Below are positions 7,865 to 17,486 of a DNA stretch of 64,000 nt, in pieces (the first letter of the stretch is position 1; every line of letters starts with the position of its first letter). The notes under the pieces were generated by a model. The model did not search any database and had not been told where the DNA came from. It saw only the letters and a list, made by a program, of their open reading frames with translations. Position numbers and translations under genes: made by a program. Source of the stretch: Candidatus Uhrbacteria bacterium (GTDB taxonomy: Bacteria > Patescibacteriota > Patescibacteriia > JACRJV01); assembly GCA_016215325.1 (NCBI GenBank), contig JACRJV010000003.1, positions 36,191 through 100,190 of the forward strand, given 5' to 3'.

Positions 7865-9907
7865 TCATACAAATCTCATTTTTGCAATTCCTCCACTCAC
7901 CCGCTGGAGCGTCGCGATGTACGAGCTCAATTCATTTTCGGCAATAAGATGCCCCTGACCATCAGCAACCCCAATAACTTTGGTGGGGTGACTGATTGAA
8001 TCAACAACAATATCGCCCTTTTTCCCGAGCACCCCACCGGCGATAACATCCACCCCCTCTATAACTCCTCTGCCCATAATCCTCTGGACAAGTTCCTCTG
8101 TCTCTAGTGCATTAATAATTTCACCGGATAGGCCCGCGCGCATATCAACTCGGTAAACCGGGGTCCCTTTCTCATGACATTTCTCGATGGTATCGGAGTG
8201 AAGACTTCCCGGGCCGGCATCAATAACCATTCCACCCACCGCGAGATGATCAAGTATCGTGACATCGACGGTGGCCTCGAAATGCGTCAGCCCGACCAGG
8301 AGGTCCGTCGGTTCCCTGAGTTCTGAAGAAGTCGTAACACAGCGTACTCGAAACCCGCGATCCTCCAATTTCGATTGAAGTTTTGTCGCCGCTCGAAGAT
8401 TCCCCACAATCGCAATATTGATCCCCTCCGCCTCTGGGCAAAGTTGGCTTATCAAGGAGTCCACCGCACTGACCAACGCATCATAATCCTTGTAGGTGAG
8501 TATCTTACTTTTCGTAACTACTGTCTTGACACTGCGCACCATACCCATCAATGGCCCGTGAGAATGATCAACATCGACCATGATGTAATCCACAAGACCA
8601 TCAATACTCTTGGCGATCTCTACAGCTTGCGCTACGCTCGCAACTTCCGCATTCCCAATCACGTACACCGCATTCTGACGAATGAACGGAAAGCTGGCAC
8701 TCTGTTTCTTTTGATCTAATGTTCCCGCAATAGTAAAGACACCCAACTTCCCAGTTTTCTTTGCAAGCGATAAAATTTCTAGAGCAATACTTTTTGCAAG
8801 ACCGGCAATTCCCTCCCCCGCATGGGCGTTCACAAGTTCTTTAAAATCAAAATTAACATTCCAAGCCACTGACGTGGACGATGCTTCCTGCTTCATATGT
8901 TCAAGTTCCTGAGCAACCTTTTCTGCTAATTCATCGGTGACACTTACACGGTTGACTTCACTAATCTTTACGACCAGCTCTCGCGGGTCTAGGTGATATT
9001 TTTGAGCTACTCGATAAACAATCATTAAAAAACTCGAATGAAACTGAGCATACCCTAACGTCGCGCTTAAGGAATCAATACCTTTTTCGCCACTGCCCAT
9101 CATTGGTCGAATAATCTTATCTCCTAAATCCATGATATTGAAAAGATTAACCCCCGTGACGTACCCCATTTTCTCTAGGAGGACAACCAAGATCTCCGTT
9201 TGGGCATTGCCAACACTGCGACCCATTCCTTGGAGTGTCCCATCCACAAATGTTGCGCCCGCTCTCACTGCGCTGATCGTATTTGCAACAGCGAGCAGTA
9301 AATTATTGTGGCCATGAAATCCTACAGCAACGCCGATCTCATTTCGGATACGCGAAACGTAGGTCATAACTTCATCCGGCATCATACCTCCTGCGGAATC
9401 AACCACACTCACCACATCCGCTCCGAAATGCGCCGCTAACCCAGCCTTCTCCAGAAAAGCATCAATGGGGAGTGCATACGATTTCATGAGATTGGAGGAA
9501 ACCAACATCCCGAGCTCTTTTGCTCGTTTGATAAATGGCTCCGCCTGTTCCACTTCTGTCACGTTCGTGCCGATCCTCACAAACCCCATACCGTACTTGG
9601 CCCCGAGTTCGAGATCCTCAATGCGTCCAATGCCAGGGATACAAAACATCCCAAACTTTGCTTTCCGTAAGACCGCAGCGGCGGCCATCAAATATTGTTC
9701 ATCCGTCGCTGCCGCTACCCCATACCGTGGGGAACCGTTGAATCCTACCCCGTGTCCGATTTCGATAAATTCTACCCCGCAGCGCTCCAAACTACTTGCG
9801 ACCAGCGCCGTATCTTCTGGAGTAAATTGGTAGTCAATAGCGTAACTTCCATCCCGAAGAGTACACTCGAGAATATTGATTTTCTTGCTCGGCATGACCT
9901 CGCTCAT
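7865..9907 (-). CDS. DRE-TIM 4-hydroxy-2-oxovalerate-aldolase-like domain fused to a ~330-aa C-terminal extension
   Basis: ECTLRDGSY, EIGHG, DSAG, GFHGHNN, GMGRSVGNAQTE, FHSSFL; the C-terminal half has a Rossmann-like INIAIVG strand. Confidence 0.8.
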   Translation of the reverse strand: MSEVMPSKKINILECTLRDGSYAIDYQFTPEDTALVASSLERCGVEFIEIGHGVGFNGSPRYGVAAATDEQYLMAAAAVLRKAKFGMFCIPGIGRIEDLELGAKYGMGFVRIGTNVTEVEQAEPFIKRAKELGMLVSSNLMKSYALPIDAFLEKAGLAAHFGADVVSVVDSAGGMMPDEVMTYVSRIRNEIGVAVGFHGHNNLLLAVANTISAVRAGATFVDGTLQGMGRSVGNAQTEILVVLLEKMGYVTGVNLFNIMDLGDKIIRPMMGSGEKGIDSLSATLGYAQFHSSFLMIVYRVAQKYHLDPRELVVKISEVNRVSVTDELAEKVAQELEHMKQEASSTSVAWNVNFDFKELVNAHAGEGIAGLAKSIALEILSLAKKTGKLGVFTIAGTLDQKKQSASFPFIRQNAVYVIGNAEVASVAQAVEIAKSIDGLVDYIMVDVDHSHGPLMGMVRSVKTVVTKSKILTYKDYDALVSAVDSLISQLCPEAEGINIAIVGNLRAATKLQSKLEDRGFRVRCVTTSSELREPTDLLVGLTHFEATVDVTILDHLAVGGMVIDAGPGSLHSDTIEKCHEKGTPVYRVDMRAGLSGEIINALETEELVQRIMGRGVIEGVDVIAGGVLGKKGDIVVDSISHPTKVIGVADGQGHLIAENELSSYIATLQRVSGGIAKMRFV

Positions 9908-9914
9908 ACAATGT

Positions 9915-11009
9915 TTAAGTTACGGAACGTAACACTGCTTGTACGGTCCTGTTGATATCCTTCCGTGTGTAACGAGGATCAACCCATATGTTAAACATAT
10001 GATCCCCAACATACTCCGAATGCTTGAGTTTCTCGGGATGGACTTGGTAGAAACGATGGACGGGCGGATACCAATTGCTCACCTCTACGCCGCGCTTTCG
10101 TATCGCTTGCGCAATCTCATATTGTCGGTTTCCTCGCACGAGAAAACTGTATCGCCAATACACGCCTTGACCAACATACAGAGGATGGGTAATCGCCTCG
10201 TGATTGAGATGCGCTCGATAATGCGCAGCATATTCGTTTCGTTTTTTCACAATTGCGGGAAGGAGGGGGAGACAGCTATAGATCCGCTCAACCAACGTTG
10301 GACTCACATCACGAAACAAGAAAAGGTTTCGGAAAATCCAAGGAAACGAAGAATACAGAAAAGACAATTCGTTCCTTTCCCGTATCAGGGGAGCAAGGGT
10401 ATAGTACACCCGGCGATAGATGGTTTCAAGCTGATGATAATCATTTGCCTTCTGTGGAAGACGGCGCGCCAACGCGCGTATACGATCGAAGGACTCCTCG
10501 CTATCAAATAGGACGGCGCCCCCCCCGCCCGCGTCAAGAATCTTCGTGTGGCCAAAACTCAAAATAGAAAAATCGCCAAACGAACCCAATGGACTTCCGT
10601 TATAACTCCCCCCGAGTGCTTGTGCGACATCTTCGATGAGTGGCACGCGATACGAACGTGTCAACTCTCGTATACGATCGATATCCGTTGGATGTCCATA
10701 CAGATGCGGTAGCAGCACTGCTCGAACGGCTTTTTGTGTTTTTAACGCTCTTTCAAGAGCGACGGGGTCAAGATTAAAGTCGCGAAGTCGGACATCGCAA
10801 AATTCTGGCGTGAATCCTGCATACACAATAGCATTGACAACACTCGGACAAATAATCGCAGGGATTATGACGCATCCTTGTTCCGAGCCAAGAGATTGGA
10901 GTGCTAAAAAAATCGCCACAGTCCCGCGGCTTGTCACGATACAGTATCTCCGCCGGTGCATTTCTGCCAATCGCAGTTCAAGAGCGCGTTTGTGGAACAT
11001 TGGGGGCAT
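9915..11009 (-). CDS. DegT/DnrJ family sugar aminotransferase
   Basis: PHLYGHP, IEDVAQALG, SFGHTKILDAGGGG; start moved to ATG 11009. Confidence 0.85.
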   Translation of the reverse strand: MPPMFHKRALELRLAEMHRRRYCIVTSRGTVAIFLALQSLGSEQGCVIIPAIICPSVVNAIVYAGFTPEFCDVRLRDFNLDPVALERALKTQKAVRAVLLPHLYGHPTDIDRIRELTRSYRVPLIEDVAQALGGSYNGSPLGSFGDFSILSFGHTKILDAGGGGAVLFDSEESFDRIRALARRLPQKANDYHQLETIYRRVYYTLAPLIRERNELSFLYSSFPWIFRNLFLFRDVSPTLVERIYSCLPLLPAIVKKRNEYAAHYRAHLNHEAITHPLYVGQGVYWRYSFLVRGNRQYEIAQAIRKRGVEVSNWYPPVHRFYQVHPEKLKHSEYVGDHMFNIWVDPRYTRKDINRTVQAVLRSVT

Positions 11010-11916
11010 ATGAAATGTTCTTTTCTTGCACAAGCCGAGCGATATCGGCAATAGTGATGTATTGGAGCTCCCTCCCCTGTACTCGGGCTTCTTGTGAAAT
11101 AAAAACAATATTGGCTATTGCCTCCTTACAATCGAACGAAATGAGAGGATGTTTTGTACCTCGCTCCAACAACTCGGAGGGATGGACGATCGCGACCAAC
11201 AACTCTTCCTGTTGAATGCTCTGGACAATTGATTCTTTTACAATTGCATTGCGATAAGACAAATTGAGGTATCGAAACAAACCGCTGCGGTCATAACTCG
11301 CCTTCGTATAAATCATCGACATCGGTACCTCGAGAATCGGATGTGCGGGAGCGCTAGGGATTCTGTAATCGTGAAGTGACGGGAAATACGGTTCGCTTGG
11401 CGTTCCGGTCCAGTCTAATGTTCTTTCTCGATCATGACGAACTCTGCCCGGCAAGGCGGTAGAATCGACCCGGAGTCCCCACCCCGCGAGTGCGGCCATT
11501 AAAGAATTGCTGTGGAACGCATTGCCGACTCGCACAGAAGCGCAATGAACTTCTTGCTCTTGGAGCGCTTGGAATGATGCCTGAAGTTCATCCAACTCAG
11601 TGACATGAGGGTGCCAACCAATCTCATCACCGCACTGCGCGCGACCACGAAGAAACGTCTTGAATCGCTCAAATAGATAGAGCGATGTGCCATAGATCCG
11701 GTAGAGCCCCGTATCAGAACGCACAAACCAAGTAAATCTCGGCCGCCGACCTCTGGAATCTTCAAGACGCGCAGTATCCACTGCGGTAAGTAACGATGGA
11801 ATCCCCTGCTCAACCCCACGCCACGAAATATTCAGCGCGGGTCCAAATATTGAAGTGTCAAAATTATCGGGATCGAGATCAATGGTGATGGCAACATAGA
11901 GAGGTGATTCAGCCAT
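10978..11916 (-). CDS. Polysaccharide-deacetylase-like (NodB/WbmS-type) protein
   Basis: ITIDLD, FTWFV, EIGWHPH, DST, LEVP, HPSE; start moved to ATG 11916. Confidence 0.7.
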   Translation of the reverse strand: MAESPLYVAITIDLDPDNFDTSIFGPALNISWRGVEQGIPSLLTAVDTARLEDSRGRRPRFTWFVRSDTGLYRIYGTSLYLFERFKTFLRGRAQCGDEIGWHPHVTELDELQASFQALQEQEVHCASVRVGNAFHSNSLMAALAGWGLRVDSTALPGRVRHDRERTLDWTGTPSEPYFPSLHDYRIPSAPAHPILEVPMSMIYTKASYDRSGLFRYLNLSYRNAIVKESIVQSIQQEELLVAIVHPSELLERGTKHPLISFDCKEAIANIVFISQEARVQGRELQYITIADIARLVQEKNISYAPNVPQTRS

Positions 11917-11917
11917 A

Positions 11918-12547
11918 TCATTTTTTCCCCCAGCCTTGAAAATCTTTGTACAAATAAACGGCAAATTCAAAAAGGGGGTAATCGTGTCGGAGTGCCACCC
12001 TTTTTGTCAAGCTCTTACAAAAAGAAAAAATCTCTTCAGGACTATAATAATGCAAATGTGGTTCCTTAAAATCAACATACTTCGTCAGCATATCGATGAC
12101 GACCCCTTTCCGGCAAAGCGCATAACTGCGAGTGAGCACATCTCGCAGAACCTTCTCATTATCATTATACGCGAGCGCATTATTAAACGTTTGTGAAGAA
12201 ACGATGTAATCAAACGTACCAGGGACAGTGTCAGTCTGAATATCTGCAACAAGAAATGTCAGGTCAGGGAATTGTTCCTGGCAGATGTTTATAAATTGCG
12301 GACAAATGTCAATACCGGTGTATTGAACGTGAAGGCCCTGATCTTTGAGGTACGTATAGAAATCCGCGAATCCACACCCAATATCCAAGATCGATTGATC
12401 CTCAAGGTTGCCAACGTCGGCGAGCACCTTGAATCGCATTTGTTGGCGTTCGCGATTACCAGATGCTAAGGCCCTGACATCAACTCCATACGCCTCTAAG
12501 CGAACCTTATACCGTTCGATGATCCGCTGTTTATCTCTTGCATCCAT
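11918..12547 (-). CDS. Class I SAM-dependent methyltransferase
   Basis: ILDIGCG, YTGIDI, FDYIV, RHDYPLFEF. Confidence 0.88.
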   Translation of the reverse strand: MDARDKQRIIERYKVRLEAYGVDVRALASGNRERQQMRFKVLADVGNLEDQSILDIGCGFADFYTYLKDQGLHVQYTGIDICPQFINICQEQFPDLTFLVADIQTDTVPGTFDYIVSSQTFNNALAYNDNEKVLRDVLTRSYALCRKGVVIDMLTKYVDFKEPHLHYYSPEEIFSFCKSLTKRVALRHDYPLFEFAVYLYKDFQGWGKK

Positions 12548-12559
12548 ACTCCACTCACG

Positions 12560-13750
12560 CTATCCAAGTTCGATAACGACTGCTTGTTCGGCTTGGGCCA
12601 AACGAGCCTCGGCCTCTTCTGCGTTTTCGGCCATCGAAATGATGTGCCCGATGCGATCGGCACCAGAAGTTAATGTTCGCACGGGATCTCCGGGTTTCAC
12701 ATAGATCTCCATTTCATAGATTCCCTCCATCGCTCGTGCTGTTTCAACACCAGTGATGGCATGGATGCGCCCGCTAGACGGGGAGGCAAAGAATTTTATC
12801 GATGAAGCCAGTTGCTTCGTGGGGATGAGATCGGGCGGTAGGCCCAACGAAGCTTTAATCGTCGCTTGGATGAGATCAATACCAGAAATCATTGGGAGTA
12901 TGTCAGTAAAAACCTTGAACCCGGGGCCTCGCGCCGCTAGTTCAACTGGAACGGGTCCGTCTTTTGTCATCATGAGCTCCATATGCACTGGCCCAGTAGT
13001 AATTCCCACTGCAGTAATCGCATGCTTTGCCACAGCGATAATACGCTGTTGAACGAGAGAAGGATACCGCGATGGGAAGGTTACTTGAATATCTAAAAGG
13101 TAGGGTGGAGGTGTTCTTTTTTTATCAGAAAGACCAATGATACGAATCGTTCCCCGATCGACGAATGCCTCCACGCTCACTTCTATACCCTCCATAAAAT
13201 CTTCCACAACGACTTTCTTTTTCTGAGAATACCCAATGGCACATTCGTATGCTTCTTTCAACTCCATTTCATGGGTCACTTTTCGTACGCCCCGGCTGCC
13301 TGCACTATCCGCAGGCTTAACAACCACCGGCAGTCCGATTTTATCAACAACAGCAAGTAAGGTGGAAAAGTCTAAAACAGGGTATGATGTCGGGGAAGGT
13401 ACCCCGTGGGCCACAAATGCCTGACGCATGAGTGCTTTATCGGTACACCGCTCAGCGACTGACACCGGAATCCCGGGTAATTGGAGTGCTTCGGCAATCG
13501 CCGCAACCGTTTTTACCGTAACGTCGGAGGCAACTGTAACCACCCCGTCAATGGAACAGGAACGCGCTATCTCCAGATTTTGTTCAATATCCTTTACATC
13601 CACAACAAATGCTCTATCCGCATATCGTAACCCCGGCGCCTCTGCGCTCCCATCTGTTGCCACGACCGCGAGTCCCATCTTTTTTGCGGTCTGAATCCCC
13701 TTCAACTGGAAAGGGCCGGCGCCGATGCACAGAAGTGTTTTGGTGTTCAT
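12560..13750 (-). CDS. ATP-grasp ligase
   Basis: DKALMR, PVVVKPADSAGSRGV, EDFMEGIEVSVE, VELAAR. Confidence 0.88.
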   Translation of the reverse strand: MNTKTLLCIGAGPFQLKGIQTAKKMGLAVVATDGSAEAPGLRYADRAFVVDVKDIEQNLEIARSCSIDGVVTVASDVTVKTVAAIAEALQLPGIPVSVAERCTDKALMRQAFVAHGVPSPTSYPVLDFSTLLAVVDKIGLPVVVKPADSAGSRGVRKVTHEMELKEAYECAIGYSQKKKVVVEDFMEGIEVSVEAFVDRGTIRIIGLSDKKRTPPPYLLDIQVTFPSRYPSLVQQRIIAVAKHAITAVGITTGPVHMELMMTKDGPVPVELAARGPGFKVFTDILPMISGIDLIQATIKASLGLPPDLIPTKQLASSIKFFASPSSGRIHAITGVETARAMEGIYEMEIYVKPGDPVRTLTSGADRIGHIISMAENAEEAEARLAQAEQAVVIELG

Positions 13751-14763
13751 ACTAATGATGCATGGCGTATGAGTTCCTTTCGGATAATCTCAAGCACGCG
13801 CTCTCTCCCGTGACCATCGACAAGTTGCTGTGCTCGATGACCCATGGCTTCGCGATCGTGCCAATGCTTAATAAGCCTCTGGACGCGTTGTACATGATTC
13901 CCCTGCGTTGTCTGCCGCGATTCTAGCAGAAGTACCCCTCCCTTCTTCGCAATGCTTCTGGCAAGCAGGAGTTCCGCATTATTTTGAGGAATAATCACAC
14001 ATGGACAACCGAGGGCCATTAATTCCGCCAAAGTGACTCCAGCTCCACAAAATGCGATATCGATGGAACCCATGAGCGCGCCCATCTCTTGAACATTCGT
14101 CTCGATTCTGTATCGATGGTTCTTCCCAAGCCGATATTCCACTCCTTTGCGAAATTTGGGTCCCACAATAACATACACGCTTACCGGAGGGTGTGCAAGA
14201 CGCTCAAGAATAGCAATGGATTTCTGCGTGTTATTGCGAGGGTCTGCACCGCCAAATGTCAATAACACCCGCCTGGCCATACCCTGAGAAAATGATTTTT
14301 GCTTCCGATACGACAGCACCTCGTCCCGCACAATAGAATACTCGAGCCCTTCATAAATTCTCCTAAACAAAACGCTTTGGCCCTTCTTTAGATTATGATT
14401 GTAAATGTTGATTGCCGCGCAGATGCGTGGATCTTGGTAGTAAAAATAATCAAGTGCGACTACCGGTGGGTGAGGAACGCCGTAGAATGACTCCATCATC
14501 CCCAGCGCATACGGCTTGTCATAGATAATCAGATTTGGGTAATAAGAAAGAATGGTCTGTCGGAGAGTACCCTGAACAATATTCCGCACACCCTCTTGCT
14601 GCAGTTTCCGATACACCTGCCTCGTTACCCCTGCTGCGTGAAAAATCACCTCATGGTTGAGTGCCAACGCACGATACAGACTGATATCGCGCACAATATG
14701 CCCCAAGCCTTGGAGGTGACTTCCGTAACTACTTATTAGAATAGTATAGTGTTGGTGTTTCAT
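13747..14763 (-). CDS. PseG/SpsG-like UDP-sugar hydrolase (GT-B fold)
   Basis: GLGHIVR, LLTFGGADP, GAGVTLAEL..LGCP, VDGHG. Confidence 0.75.
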   Translation of the reverse strand: MKHQHYTILISSYGSHLQGLGHIVRDISLYRALALNHEVIFHAAGVTRQVYRKLQQEGVRNIVQGTLRQTILSYYPNLIIYDKPYALGMMESFYGVPHPPVVALDYFYYQDPRICAAINIYNHNLKKGQSVLFRRIYEGLEYSIVRDEVLSYRKQKSFSQGMARRVLLTFGGADPRNNTQKSIAILERLAHPPVSVYVIVGPKFRKGVEYRLGKNHRYRIETNVQEMGALMGSIDIAFCGAGVTLAELMALGCPCVIIPQNNAELLLARSIAKKGGVLLLESRQTTQGNHVQRVQRLIKHWHDREAMGHRAQQLVDGHGRERVLEIIRKELIRHASLV

Positions 14764-15818
14764 GCATCGAACGTATCCGTTGTCACCGGATCAAATGCTT
14801 CCATATTAACACGCGCCCGCTTCCCAATCACCCGATCGAGATCCTTCGGCAAAAGTCCAAGGGCAGGCCGCACGATGGAGAGCATTTCTCGCTTGATGAT
14901 GTCTCCTTTTTTAATGGCTCGATTAGTAAAGATACTCCTCCGCCCTCTCCTGTAATAGGTGAGTTCGCTTTCGGCAACGCATTTTTGTGGTCGACCAATT
15001 GCCTGTTCGACGTCCCGAATTCCGCGCACCATTGCCGCGAGCTCTGCCGGTTCAAGGGCGAACTTATGATCCGGTCCCGGAAGATTCCTATCCAGTGTAA
15101 AATGCTTTTCGTAAATACTCGCTCCTCGCGCAACCGCAGCGATAGGAATGGTGAGACCTATGGTGTGATCAGAATATCCGATCGGACACATGAACTGTTC
15201 ACGCATGACGTCCATGGCAGCCAGATGGAGATCATTCATCGGGGGAGGATATCCAACACCACAATGCAGGAGCGCATACTGTGTGTTGCCGGTTTGTTCC
15301 ACTGCTTCAACGGCATCCCGTATTTCTTCAATCGTCGCCATTCCTGTTGAAAGGATCAGCGGTTTTCCGGTCTGCGCCGTGTAGCGAATCAAGGGGAGGT
15401 GGGTAATCTCATACGACGCAATCTTATAAAATGGGGCGTCAATTGCCTCAAGTGCATCCACCGCGTCCTCATCGAAAGGAGTCGCCGCAAACATAATATC
15501 TCGCTGCTTCGCATACTCAGTAAGACGCGGTAACCATTCTCTCGGTAATTCGACCTTTCGATAGAGTTCATGGAGCGTTTTTCCATATCGTCCAAATGTG
15601 TCACTCCCAAGGTCGACGGTAGGATCCTGTGTAGCAGCGGCCATAGTGTCGGCAGAAAATACTTGAAATTTTACCACATCCGCTCCCGACTCTTTTGCCG
15701 CATCAATGAGTTGTAATGCTTGTTCAAAATTACGGTCATGGTTACTACCCGCTTCAGCAATTATAAAGCAGGGTGCGTTATCGCCAATGCGTCGCCCTTG
15801 TATTGTGAGTGCGTGCAT
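14760..15818 (-). CDS. Nonulosonic acid synthase (NeuB/PseI/SpsE family) with SAF domain
   Basis: IIAEAGSNH, VKFQ, KIASYE, LSTGM, GYSDHT, EKHFTLDR. Confidence 0.93.
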   Translation of the reverse strand: MHALTIQGRRIGDNAPCFIIAEAGSNHDRNFEQALQLIDAAKESGADVVKFQVFSADTMAAATQDPTVDLGSDTFGRYGKTLHELYRKVELPREWLPRLTEYAKQRDIMFAATPFDEDAVDALEAIDAPFYKIASYEITHLPLIRYTAQTGKPLILSTGMATIEEIRDAVEAVEQTGNTQYALLHCGVGYPPPMNDLHLAAMDVMREQFMCPIGYSDHTIGLTIPIAAVARGASIYEKHFTLDRNLPGPDHKFALEPAELAAMVRGIRDVEQAIGRPQKCVAESELTYYRRGRRSIFTNRAIKKGDIIKREMLSIVRPALGLLPKDLDRVIGKRARVNMEAFDPVTTDTFDA

Positions 15819-15824
15819 AAGGTT

Positions 15825-16583
15825 TTACGATGAACCCTTCTCTGCGCTCAGTGACTTCAGGAGACCTTCATTACGAACAATATGACTGTTGGTTGCCATC
15901 ATCTCAGGATGTGCCGAAAGGTATTGCAGAACGTCTTCTCCTGTAAACTCCGGATGCCGCGGGTACAGGGCCTCAATAATTATTTTTACTACCTCAAAAT
16001 CCTCGGGCTCATCCACGGTAATCCGAAATCTGCTGTCATCGCTTCCATTGTCAAGGGTATGCTTACGAAAGAACTCAGAATGACGATGCAAATACAGTGT
16101 AGCATGCTCGCGCTCAGAAGGTTTTATCGCCTCTTTCCAAGCGCGCTCGAGTGCCGCCAATGTAAATATTTCACAATCAAGTCCTTCGGCAAATGTTGGA
16201 CCGCTATGAACAAAATCATACGCCCCATTCTGGAATGTCGTAACAAGCCGATCGACGATTTGAGGATCGATCAGTGGACAATCACCAGTAATCCGGACAA
16301 TTGGGTCAATCGAAAACCGCAAGGCAGTTTGATAATAGCGATCCAGCACATCCTGCTCTAATCCACGAAATACCGGAACGCGTTGCTGCGCGCAGAAATC
16401 CACAATTTGGTCATCCTCAACATTCGTCGTTGTCGCTACAATAATGCGATTAATTCCAGTTGCACGCCGGAGACGCTCAAGCTGATACTCAAGGAGGGGC
16501 CGACCAAGTACTGTTTTGAGTACTTTACCCGGAAGCCTTGTCGAAGTCATCCTCGCTTGGATAATTGCGCCGGTCGTGGCCAT
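15825..16583 (-). CDS. SpsF-like cytidylyltransferase (CMP-nonulosonate synthetase family)
   Basis: IIQARMTSTRLPGKVL, VRITGDCPLIDP, REHAT, RITVDEPED. Confidence 0.88.
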   Translation of the reverse strand: MATTGAIIQARMTSTRLPGKVLKTVLGRPLLEYQLERLRRATGINRIIVATTTNVEDDQIVDFCAQQRVPVFRGLEQDVLDRYYQTALRFSIDPIVRITGDCPLIDPQIVDRLVTTFQNGAYDFVHSGPTFAEGLDCEIFTLAALERAWKEAIKPSEREHATLYLHRHSEFFRKHTLDNGSDDSRFRITVDEPEDFEVVKIIIEALYPRHPEFTGEDVLQYLSAHPEMMATNSHIVRNEGLLKSLSAEKGSS

Positions 16584-17482
16584 ACTAATGGATTTACTAT
16601 ACGTTCATTAATGTCCCGAAAGTGCTCACGTACATATCCGACAAGAGCCGGAGGGTATTCACGTTGCCAAGCCCGACAATTTGTCTCTACCTGGTCAAGG
16701 GTCTCAGCCCCAAACAAAATCTTTGCCTGTGGAAATGCCAGCTTCAAATAGCCAAACGCAAATTCCTGCCGCGTGAGCTCAAATATTCCTGCCGCCTCTT
16801 CAACAAGTTCGAGTGAAGGGCGAGCGAACGTCATTGTCTCAGGAAGTTGGCGCGAATCGATAAAGAGTAATCCTTGAAGAAATGCGCTTCGAATATAGAC
16901 CGTCGCGCTCTTTTTTTTCGCGAGCTCAAAAACCCCTGCACTCTCAAATCTCCTGTCTAAAATGTTGGTTGGAAGTTGAATTATGGTAAGCCCATCCAAC
17001 TCAAGTGCTCGGAGCGCTATGGAAGGAGTGTACACAGAAACCCCCACATAATCAACATAACCTTGAGAGACTAAATCCTTGAGTATTCTCCCCAACCCCT
17101 TCCCCCATAATCCAAGCAGTTCTTCGCGATGCAAAAGTACACCGTGGAGTTTCTTCACTCCAAGACGTACACACGACGCTTGGATCGCATCAGTAATTGC
17201 CCTCGCATCTAAGTAATCAAGGTTTGGATCGAGCTTTGTAATGAGCTTCGCCGTGCCCCCCGCGTTCAATACTCTAAGAGCTTCCCCTAAAACAGCTTCA
17301 CTCTCTCCATACCCCGGGGCAGTATCAAACTCGTCGATTCCGTGCTCCAAAGCAGTACGGACAATTTCTTCCGCTATCTCATGATTCGGCTGCCCATTTT
17401 TATTAGCGATGCCATAGGGCATACCAAGCTGCACTGTCCCAAGTACGAGTGCTGGAAGACTCTTTCTCGCGTTACTAGTCAT
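16547..17482 (-). CDS. Aldo/keto reductase
   Basis: LGTVQLGMPYG, FDTAPGYGESE, RSAFLQGLL; start moved to ATG 17482. Confidence 0.88.
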   Translation of the reverse strand: MTSNARKSLPALVLGTVQLGMPYGIANKNGQPNHEIAEEIVRTALEHGIDEFDTAPGYGESEAVLGEALRVLNAGGTAKLITKLDPNLDYLDARAITDAIQASCVRLGVKKLHGVLLHREELLGLWGKGLGRILKDLVSQGYVDYVGVSVYTPSIALRALELDGLTIIQLPTNILDRRFESAGVFELAKKKSATVYIRSAFLQGLLFIDSRQLPETMTFARPSLELVEEAAGIFELTRQEFAFGYLKLAFPQAKILFGAETLDQVETNCRAWQREYPPALVGYVREHFRDINERIVNPLVWPRPAQLSKRG

Positions 17483-17486
17483 ATCA

